The translations under genes were made by a program, and so were the position numbers. This document shows, one piece after another, positions 25,415 through 31,510 of a DNA stretch of 32,181 nt. Location of the stretch: IMG/VR virus record IMGVR_UViG_3300005512_000195, positions 1 to 32,181 of that record, one strand, 5' to 3'. The stretch comes from a virus. How positions within the stretch are numbered: position 1 is the stretch's first letter; each line of letters starts with the position of its first letter. The notes beneath the pieces are model-generated. The model had not been told where the DNA came from. It made no database searches and worked only from the letters and a program-made list of their open reading frames with translations.

Positions 25415-26939
25415 TTGGCATCTCTCCTTGCTGTGAGGCTTGTTGCATTTGTTGTGCCATCTGAACTAACTGCTGTCTCTCATCAGCATCTCTAATTAAG
25501 TTATCAGGCACACCAAATTTCTTTGCTAAATACAGTGCAGTTTCTTCTGAGGATATAAGTATGTTTAATATCTCAGGGCCAAATGAACCTGCTACTGTCT
25601 GTAAAAATCTATTTAGAGAAACTATATCTTGATTAGATTGAGCTTGTGCTAGGGGAGAAACACTTCTAATCTTCACTTCTCTTCCATTCACTGTAGGCAT
25701 TTCTATTCGGCCCTGTTGCCTGAGAATGTAAATCACTCTCTGCAATAATGGCTGAACCATTTCAGCTTGCAATCTACCAAAAGCAGAACCTATTTTTCTT
25801 GATAGATCAGCCATACGTTCAGCAACTTCTGTAGCAGATGCAGGTGTCTTATTAGGATCACCTAGCATATCATTATACAATGCCCTCTTAATATTGTTTC
25901 TCATATCATTTAAAATAAGATTGGCTACATCAAAAGATCCTGCCGCTCTAATTGGCTGTAGTCCTTGTGTATTTGGTGCTTTAGGAATGACAGTTCCAGG
26001 GACTAAGTTAATAGTATCCACATTGATTACACCATCATCATCTATCTGATAGATGCCTGATATAGCCATCTGTGCATTTTCAAGAATCATTTCTATAGTT
26101 AAGTTACAGGTTTTAATTGCACTTAATGCATTAACTGCAGGGCCTCTACCATATATCTCACCACTAGCTTTACTCCATCTGAAAGCTATAAATGGATTAG
26201 ACCCAACACCTTTGTATATTTCCTGCATAATTAATTCTTTATTAGCCATATCAATGACCATATAAGAATACTTCTCTTCATTTATATCATCATATAATCT
26301 ACAAGAAACTTCCAGTATCTTACATTTAGACTCAGGATAATTACTAACTCTTTGTACAATATTAGGTGATAACATAGCTTTAGGATACGCAACCATAATG
26401 TCTGCGTTCTTAATCATACGTTCTCTAAATACATGATCTACCCTACCATCAGGGCCAGTATCTAAAACAACATGAGGTAATGGTATAGATTGAAATCTTA
26501 CAGGATTAACTGCATCACCTTCTGTAACAAGTAGAACTGCTGTACCTAATGCAAGATCTATAAAACATTCATGTATCTCTTGTGCAAAGTTAGATGTTTG
26601 CAAAATCTCAAATACATAATCTGTAACAGCATCTAATGCATTATTAACATCATCACGTTCTGCTTCAGGAACTTCAGAGCCAGTAACAAAATCTGCCCAT
26701 CTAGCAAAGTTAGGTGTCAACCCTGCTTGAAGTCTTGATGCAAACTCTTGTATACCAACAACTGCAGTTTCATCAAAGATCTTATCATCTCGTCTCTGGC
26801 CGGGGGTATAATTTTTAAAGCCTTGTCTTTGTGGAAGACAATACTCAAAGATCTCGTCATAAAGCTCTTCAAACTCTCGTCTGATAGTAAGAGCCTTCTC
26901 GTATCTTTGGATCATACCCTCTGCAGTTTTTTCATGCAT
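25386..26939 (-). CDS. Portal / head-to-tail connector protein (517 aa, T7 gp8-like)
   Basis: The N-terminus YEKALTIRREFEELYDEIFEYCLPQRQGF...AVVGIQEFASRLQAGLTP parallels T7 gp8 YERLKNDRAPYETRAQNCAQYTIPSLF...AVGARGLNNLASKLMLALFP. Size and synteny also agree. Confidence 0.85.
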   Translation of the reverse strand: MHEKTAEGMIQRYEKALTIRREFEELYDEIFEYCLPQRQGFKNYTPGQRRDDKIFDETAVVGIQEFASRLQAGLTPNFARWADFVTGSEVPEAERDDVNNALDAVTDYVFEILQTSNFAQEIHECFIDLALGTAVLLVTEGDAVNPVRFQSIPLPHVVLDTGPDGRVDHVFRERMIKNADIMVAYPKAMLSPNIVQRVSNYPESKCKILEVSCRLYDDINEEKYSYMVIDMANKELIMQEIYKGVGSNPFIAFRWSKASGEIYGRGPAVNALSAIKTCNLTIEMILENAQMAISGIYQIDDDGVINVDTINLVPGTVIPKAPNTQGLQPIRAAGSFDVANLILNDMRNNIKRALYNDMLGDPNKTPASATEVAERMADLSRKIGSAFGRLQAEMVQPLLQRVIYILRQQGRIEMPTVNGREVKIRSVSPLAQAQSNQDIVSLNRFLQTVAGSFGPEILNILISSEETALYLAKKFGVPDNLIRDADERQQLVQMAQQMQQASQQGEMPSGPAEILGG

Positions 26940-27166
26940 TACTGATTATACTCATTGTAAAAGCCAATGCCACCACCTGAACCACGAAGAAGTGATCTAC
27001 GACCTGACCCCTTACGTCTTCTAGTAATGTTTTCTTCAAGAACATCTTGCCTAGCTTCAGTTCTTTTTGCTGTCTCTTCTTCTTTTTGAGCTTCTCTTTC
27101 CATTTCAGCTTCTTTCTCCTCCTTAGTTGGAGGAGGAGGACTTGAGCTACCACCACCTATACACAT
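26939..27166 (-). CDS. Low-complexity charged protein (75 aa) between terL and the portal gene
   Basis: AGGAG at 27173-27177 sits 6 nt before ATG 27166 (the track's upstream start 27238 lies inside terL). The sequence is MCIGGGSSSPPPP, then an EK-rich stretch, then RRRKGSGRRSLLRGSGGGIGFY. Confidence 0.55.
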   Translation of the reverse strand: MCIGGGSSSPPPPTKEEKEAEMEREAQKEEETAKRTEARQDVLEENITRRRKGSGRRSLLRGSGGGIGFYNEYNQ

Positions 27167-27176
27167 AGCAATCTCC

Positions 27177-28697
27177 TTACATTCTTGCCCATAAACCTTG
27201 ACGTCTAGCCTGTTTAGGTCTGCGATTAAATACATCATACTCTACTCTTGCATTAAATGTATCTATTTTTTTTCCCATACCTAATACTTGCCTTCCCTCA
27301 CCTGCACCCAACATAAGATACTGCATAGCATCATGTATATGTGAGTATCTGTCTTTGAGAGGTTTATCTTCATATCGTTCTCCTGACACCTGCAATCGGC
27401 GATATTGATAACCACCCTCAAATCCTTTTACCAATTCTTTACACCTAAAGTCAATTAAAATTCCTGATAAGCCATCTACCATCCTATTCAATACCGAAGA
27501 AACCGACTCTATTCTTAATGCAACATCATTACTATTTGTAGGTCTAGCAGTTAATCCTGCACCTCTTAATATCTGAAAAGGTGTAGACTCATCAGTCTGT
27601 GACCTAAAGTCTCCTGACGGATCACCAAAAATATTTACCTCAAGGTTGTTATATCTTGTAGCTATCTCTGCCCTAAGTAGTTCAGCAAATCTTACAACCC
27701 CCATATCAAATGCCACAATCTCCTGTAAGATTAACCATCTACCTCGAACTTTTTGCCCAATTACAGCAGCAGGTGTAAGACCAAAGTCAAGACCAATATA
27801 CAGTGGAACTCCATCAGCTACAGGTATTTCTTCTTTAGCAACGTGAGTATCTCTTACAAACATATTATAAACAGGCTTACCATCTTGAATAGAACCCAAT
27901 CTATTCATAACATAAACATCTATCCAACTTTTAGTCTTACCTTGAACCAAGTTAGGATAATATGATTCTAAAATATTTTTTCTATTCTCTGCATCCTTGT
28001 TGGGTTTGTATCCAGTAATATTTCCATCTTCATCTTTTTCCTCAAGCATCCCACTAGGTTGTGTAAAGAATACCCAGTTGTCAGGCTTAACTAACATCCT
28101 ACTTTCTTCCTTAGAAATATGGTCAGGTACAGGAACTTCTCCTGACATGATTGGCCACCAGTGATCTTCTTCAGGACTGTTCGTATCACAGATTACACCT
28201 GACCAAGTAGCACCACCCTCCCTCATAGAGGGGTATCGACCAACCCTCATAGTGGTAGCATCAATAATTGACTTGGGTATCTCTCTTGCTTCATTCACCC
28301 ATACTCCTGTCAATTCTAGGGAGAGAAGTTTCTTGACATCTTCTGGCCGATCTAAAGCAAGAAAGATTACTTCCATATCAAGATCAGCCTGTGTAATATG
28401 ATGAGTGTAAGGAACAGACCATTGGAACTTACCCCAATCTTCCTCTGGAAACCAATCAAGCCAAGTCTTAATAGTTGTTGTTCTAAGTTGTGGATTCGTG
28501 TTTCTAATTATCGCCCAACGACTTTTACGTTTGCCATTCTCAGATTTCTTTTGCATTAATGCACGTCTAAAAATTTCTATACAACATCCAACAGACTTAC
28601 CACTTCCTACTGGGCCACGTATCCCACGAAAGAAAGTATCATCTTTCATAAATGCCTTGAGAACTTCACCGTCAGGTTTGTATTTAAACGTTATCAA
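27177..28697 (-). CDS. terL: Terminase large subunit (506 aa; apparent TTG start)
   Basis: A Walker A motif is present (RGPVGSGKS), preceded by YKPDGEVLKAF. The nuclease half shows DP/GD-type acidic motifs. The size is typical. Confidence 0.9.
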   Translation of the reverse strand: MITFKYKPDGEVLKAFMKDDTFFRGIRGPVGSGKSVGCCIEIFRRALMQKKSENGKRKSRWAIIRNTNPQLRTTTIKTWLDWFPEEDWGKFQWSVPYTHHITQADLDMEVIFLALDRPEDVKKLLSLELTGVWVNEAREIPKSIIDATTMRVGRYPSMREGGATWSGVICDTNSPEEDHWWPIMSGEVPVPDHISKEESRMLVKPDNWVFFTQPSGMLEEKDEDGNITGYKPNKDAENRKNILESYYPNLVQGKTKSWIDVYVMNRLGSIQDGKPVYNMFVRDTHVAKEEIPVADGVPLYIGLDFGLTPAAVIGQKVRGRWLILQEIVAFDMGVVRFAELLRAEIATRYNNLEVNIFGDPSGDFRSQTDESTPFQILRGAGLTARPTNSNDVALRIESVSSVLNRMVDGLSGILIDFRCKELVKGFEGGYQYRRLQVSGERYEDKPLKDRYSHIHDAMQYLMLGAGEGRQVLGMGKKIDTFNARVEYDVFNRRPKQARRQGLWARM

Positions 28698-28878
28698 TGT
28701 TTGTGTTAACCCCTATTCTTAACAAGGTATCTACTGTCTCAGGCCCAATAACAGCTATAACTTTATCAGCTTCCCTATCAGTACAAAATTGTTCAGGGTG
28801 ATGTTTCAGGTGGACTCTCTTTACCACCTCACGAAGTATTCTTCTTTCTTCTATCTTTAACGTATGGAGAAAACTCAT
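28684..28878 (-). CDS. Hypothetical protein (64 aa) immediately upstream of terL
   Basis: AGGA sits 7 nt before ATG 28878. The gene overlaps the terL start by 14 nt. Confidence 0.55.
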   Translation of the reverse strand: MSFLHTLKIEERRILREVVKRVHLKHHPEQFCTDREADKVIAVIGPETVDTLLRIGVNTNIDNV

Positions 28879-28887
28879 TCTGTTATC

Positions 28888-29148
28888 CTATGAATAAGAT
28901 CTATAGCTTTTCGTTTTTGCTGCAATCTTTTTAGGCTGTTTAGATACTTGTCTACCTGCTCTAATTGCCTTTCGTTTAGCAGCCGAAGAGGCTGCGTATT
29001 CACTGGCACTAAGAGCCTTAATTGCTTTCTCAGGTAAATAACGTTCACCAGTTGCTTTCGGCCCTTGTGTACTAGGTTTGCCTGACTTAGTTCTCCACTT
29101 CTGTCTAGTCCATGCACGTAACGATCTCTGTGATTTTGCTAGTGCCAT
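28888..29148 (-). CDS. Small basic protein (86 aa) with W..QKW.TKSG...GERYLP motif
   Basis: By my count it has about 23 K/R and 3 D/E. I recall the motif from uncharacterised phage, giant-virus and actinobacterial proteins. There is a TAATG overlap upstream. Confidence 0.65.
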   Translation of the reverse strand: MALAKSQRSLRAWTRQKWRTKSGKPSTQGPKATGERYLPEKAIKALSASEYAASSAAKRKAIRAGRQVSKQPKKIAAKTKSYRSYS

Positions 29149-29312
29149 TACCTATAACCACCACCCTTTGACTTATATTGCTTTGCCAACATCTGTGCCT
29201 TTCTTGCACTCCATTGACCTGACTTACCACCCTTGTTACTCGCTTTAATCCTATTAAACAAAGCCTTCCTCATAGCAGGTTTGGTATAGTTTCCTGCTGC
29301 ATTAACAGCCAT
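29148..29312 (-). CDS. Small basic protein (54 aa) with GGKSGQWSARKAQ...GGGY motif
   Basis: It is below the ORF-track cutoff. It has 13 K/R and no D/E. Stop and start are adjacent to both neighbours. I recall the motif from a widespread family of unknown function. Confidence 0.6.
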   Translation of the reverse strand: MAVNAAGNYTKPAMRKALFNRIKASNKGGKSGQWSARKAQMLAKQYKSKGGGYR

Positions 29313-29417
29313 TTACTTTTTCTTACCCTTAATAATTTTTTTAGGCATCATCTTTGGAGTGGCTTTCTTTGGTGGTCTACCTCTAGTCTTTCCATAAGTT
29401 CCTTTACCCATTGGCAT
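29313..29417 (-). CDS. Tiny basic peptide (34 aa) with an AT-hook-like KTRGRPPKK
   Basis: AGGAG at 29424-29428 sits 6 nt before ATG 29417. The sequence is MPMGKGTYGKTRGRPPKKATPKMMPKKIIKGKKK, with 13 K/R and no D/E. The track's longer 85-aa version starts inside the upstream gene. Confidence 0.4.
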   Translation of the reverse strand: MPMGKGTYGKTRGRPPKKATPKMMPKKIIKGKKK

Positions 29418-29451
29418 AGTCGTCTCCTTTTCTAGTTTAATAAACTCATAC

Positions 29452-29748
29452 TTATTTCTTTGCCTTATTACGTTTGCTAATTGCTCTAGCTTTGGCACGA
29501 GCATCTGCTTTACTACTCGCACCCCACGCACGAAGCGATAATAATAATCTTGTAGGTTTTCCTTTAGCATCTCTCTCTGGCCCTCTCATCCCTGCCATCC
29601 GAGCCAAAAAAGAAGCTCGTCTTGGATTGTCACCACTCTTAACAGGAGGCTTCAATGTACCTCCCTTATAGGAAGCACGACCCTTTGCATTTAATCCACC
29701 ACTAGGATTCTTACCCTCTTTGCGTGTCCATGCAGGTGTCTTAGCCAT
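29452..29748 (-). CDS. Small basic protein (98 aa) with AWTRKEGKNPSGGLNAKGR motif
   Basis: By my count it has about 27 K/R and 5 D/E. AAGGAAG lies before the ATG. I recall the motif from uncharacterised marine phage proteins. Confidence 0.7.
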   Translation of the reverse strand: MAKTPAWTRKEGKNPSGGLNAKGRASYKGGTLKPPVKSGDNPRRASFLARMAGMRGPERDAKGKPTRLLLSLRAWGASSKADARAKARAISKRNKAKK

Positions 29749-29927
29749 GCCTATCTTCCTTGTTTGCTATGTAGTCCTTTACAGTATTTCCCATAAAAGT
29801 AATTACCAATCTTATTAAAGAATGTAAACAATTTAAAATGTATTCTAATCATAACGTACCTTTTTGGACTATAATGTTTGAGTAGGACCATGTCAGAGTA
29901 TATAAGTTTAAGTTTTTAACCCCCTAC

Positions 29928-30299
29928 CTAAGTCAGGTCGATACTGACAGAAATATTACCTTGGACTAAATGCATTGCTTTATCTACTGGCTTATATCCT
30001 GCCCTATCCAGTATGTCCTTACTTGCTTCTAGCTGTACGTACTCACTCTTAGCACTACTAGCTAGGTCTAATACCTTTCGCGAGGCTATCGTAGCATTAA
30101 GACCAATACTTTCTCTTATTCTCTGTTGCATATACTCTTGAACATGAGGCAATCGCAAAGTCTTACTGGCTGTCACTCTTCCTGATTCGCCATCAGCATA
30201 TCCTGCTTCTTTGCTTGCTTTAACTACACTACATCCTGTTGCTACAATCGTATCAACTAAGACCATCTGTTTTTTGGTTAACTTAAGCTGTTTTAACAA
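29928..30299 (-). CDS. terS: Terminase small subunit (Terminase_2-like, 123 aa; apparent TTG start, alternative ATG at codon 12)
   Basis: LTKKQMVLVDTIVATGCSVVKASKEAGYADGESGRVTASKTLRLPHVQEYM matches the LT.KQ..F...Y...GN...A...AGYS...A...A..LL....V pattern. It is the first gene of the late arm. Confidence 0.7.
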   Translation of the reverse strand: MLKQLKLTKKQMVLVDTIVATGCSVVKASKEAGYADGESGRVTASKTLRLPHVQEYMQQRIRESIGLNATIASRKVLDLASSAKSEYVQLEASKDILDRAGYKPVDKAMHLVQGNISVSIDLT

Positions 30300-30303
30300 G
30301 AGA

Positions 30304-30400
30304 ATCCCCCTTACCCCCTTTTATGACACAGCCCTAAATTGGCTGTCAAGGGCTTTTTTATTCCCCTTTTATTACAATGACTTAAGGGGGTAAGAGGGAT
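30304..30400. repeat. 17-nt inverted repeat pair (16/17) flanking a 63-nt spacer
   Basis: 30304-30320 is atcccccttaccccctt, and 30384-30400 is aagggggtaagagggat. The spacer holds the promoter-like element and a small hairpin (acagcc/ggctgt). Confidence 0.7.
30320..30349 (-). promoter_or_regulatory. Sigma70-like promoter candidate for the late (terS) arm
   Basis: On the - strand TTGACA (30349-30344) is followed by an 18-nt spacer and CATAAA (30325-30320), with an A-rich tract upstream. It would give a leader of about 14 nt containing GGGGGA before TTG 30299. Confidence 0.3.
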
Positions 30401-30571
30401 ACTGGAAAAGACGAGAAAAGAATTTTGTTGTTGTTCCGTCATTCTAAGATTCCGTAAATCTGTTATATTATTGCTGAGCACTTCCAAGAATTAAGTTAGT
30501 CTTTTGAAGTATTTTGTAAGACCTCCTGCAGTAAAATTGAACATAAGGCTTTGGTCTATCATAGTTTTTAT

Positions 30572-30632
30572 ATGTAAAGTAAAAAAAACGTATCCACCCT
30601 TCGGGCAGACCCTCGTGTTTTTTACTTTACAT
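30572..30632. other. Long AT-rich hairpin/cruciform (18/19-bp arms) with a GC-rich 23-nt loop
   Basis: atgtaaagtaaaaaaaacg (30572-30590) pairs with cgtgttttttactttacat (30614-30632). The loop tatccaCCCTTCGGGcagaccct contains a C(UUCG)G-type mini-hairpin. Confidence 0.7.
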
Positions 30633-30641
30633 CTTTATTGT

Positions 30642-30659
30642 GTCACGCTTAGGCGTGAC
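30642..30659. promoter_or_regulatory. Perfect palindrome GTCACGC-ttag-GCGTGAC (operator-like)
   Basis: It has 7-bp perfect arms and a 4-nt centre. It lies 11 nt upstream of a consensus TATAAT, and I saw no other copy in the window. Confidence 0.55.
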
Positions 30660-30670
30660 GCTATTAGTAG

Positions 30671-30676
30671 TATAAT
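30671..30676 (+). promoter_or_regulatory. Consensus -10 hexamer (TATAAT) upstream of the first + strand gene
   Basis: TATAAT lies 48 nt before ATG 30725. No good -35 occurs at 16-18 nt, because that position falls in the palindrome. TTGACC at 30685-30690 lacks a matching -10. Confidence 0.3.
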
Positions 30677-30724
30677 AACTATGCTTGACCGAGCTTATTG
30701 TTAATTTTACTACAGGAGGACAAA

Positions 30725-31189
30725 ATGACAATTCAAAACACAAACTTAATGGAAGTACTAATCAATAACCTAACAGATACTACATCTAAGAATGACTCTA
30801 AGTTAGAGAGTAAGATGAAGTATATCTATAAATGTCATATTGGTACATTGAATAGATTGATTAACAGTATGGAACTAGAATATGAAACTGGTTCTCAGAT
30901 GTTAAGAGATATCATAGAAGATGACTACGACATGGACTCTAAAGGTGGATATGGTCGTGGTGCATTTGAGAGACAGTCAGGTTTTGGTTTCCCAACAGAC
31001 TTCGAAAAACTTGATGAGTATCTTGAGAATCTACAGGTTAGAACTCAGCAGTTAACTTCATACAGAGATATTGAGGTTGATAACTATGAGACTAAATTTG
31101 GTGCTCTTATATTCAAGAGTGATTCTTCTACTGCTAAGCTATCTAATAAGCAGAAAGCTAAACTCAAAGAAAAGTATGCTAAGGCTTAA
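30725..31189 (+). CDS. First early protein (154 aa), unknown function
   Basis: AGGAGGA at 30714-30720 precedes ATG 30725 (the track's TTG 30698 is unlikely). A strong terminator follows. I recognise no family. Confidence 0.7.
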   Translation: MTIQNTNLMEVLINNLTDTTSKNDSKLESKMKYIYKCHIGTLNRLINSMELEYETGSQMLRDIIEDDYDMDSKGGYGRGAFERQSGFGFPTDFEKLDEYLENLQVRTQQLTSYRDIEVDNYETKFGALIFKSDSSTAKLSNKQKAKLKEKYAKA

Positions 31190-31200
31190 CAGCCTTAGCA

Positions 31201-31245
31201 ATCTCTACTCAGTTATACTGAGTAGAGATATTATTCTTTTTCTTC
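31201..31245 (+). terminator. Rho-independent terminator (12-bp perfect stem)
   Basis: atctctactcag (31201-31212), loop ttata, then ctgagtagagat (31218-31229), followed by attattctttttctt. An extra 6-bp hairpin aaggct/agcctt at 31181-31196 spans the stop codon. Confidence 0.75.
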
Positions 31246-31333
31246 GAAAAAGGGTTTGTTTTTATATGAGAACACACAATAAGATATACGACAGAAAATA
31301 TAAGTAACAATAACTTTATAAGGTGACTGACAA

Positions 31334-31489
31334 ATGAACAAAAAGTACATCAAATTACACATAGATAATGCCAGTAATACTGGTTATAGGAACAAGCACT
31401 GCATCAATATGATGCTAGAGTTTGTATTGTCTACTGCATTGTTTTGTATCGTAGGATACGTACTGTATGTAGTATGGCATATATTTTAA
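31334..31489 (+). CDS. Small membrane protein (51 aa, C-terminal TM)
   Basis: It is below the ORF-track cutoff. AGGTGA at 31321-31326 sits 7 nt before ATG 31334. The TM segment is LEFVLSTALFCIVGYVLYVVW. Confidence 0.5.
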   Translation: MNKKYIKLHIDNASNTGYRNKHCINMMLEFVLSTALFCIVGYVLYVVWHIF

Positions 31490-31510
31490 CGATTCAATAT
31501 GGAGGACAAT

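Noticed and set aside
26932-27156. A 74-aa - strand ORF (K-rich) overlapping the 75-aa terL-portal gene. Separately, the track's long 99-aa version of that gene starts at 27238.
   Set aside because: It is the off-frame reading of an EK-rich segment. The 27238 start lies inside terL, whereas ATG 27166 has a well-spaced AGGAG.
28875-29117. An 80-aa ORF on the - strand overlapping the 86-aa basic-protein gene in another frame.
   Set aside because: It needs a GTG start without an SD, and its sequence is Leu/Arg-rich off-frame noise. The 86-aa frame carries a motif I recognise (W..QKW.T.SG...GERYLP).
29751-29891. A 46-aa - strand ORF filling the terS-downstream gap.
   Set aside because: It has no SD. 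The F/Y/K-rich composition is what translation of AT-rich spacer would give.
30311-30442. A 43-aa - strand ORF spanning the inverted-repeat region.
   Set aside because: It has only a weak GGAA upstream and spans the promoter-like element and both repeat arms. I judged it a chance ORF.
30504-30704. A 66-aa + strand ORF (TTG start) in the control region.
   Set aside because: It runs straight through the 61-nt hairpin, the palindrome and the TATAAT. It has no SD, and its hydrophobic, odd composition is typical of translated AT-rich non-coding DNA.
30685-30713. TTGACC-17 nt-TACTAC as the early promoter.
   Set aside because: The -10 is poor (3/6). Transcription would start within or after the SD of the 30725 gene, leaving no usable leader.
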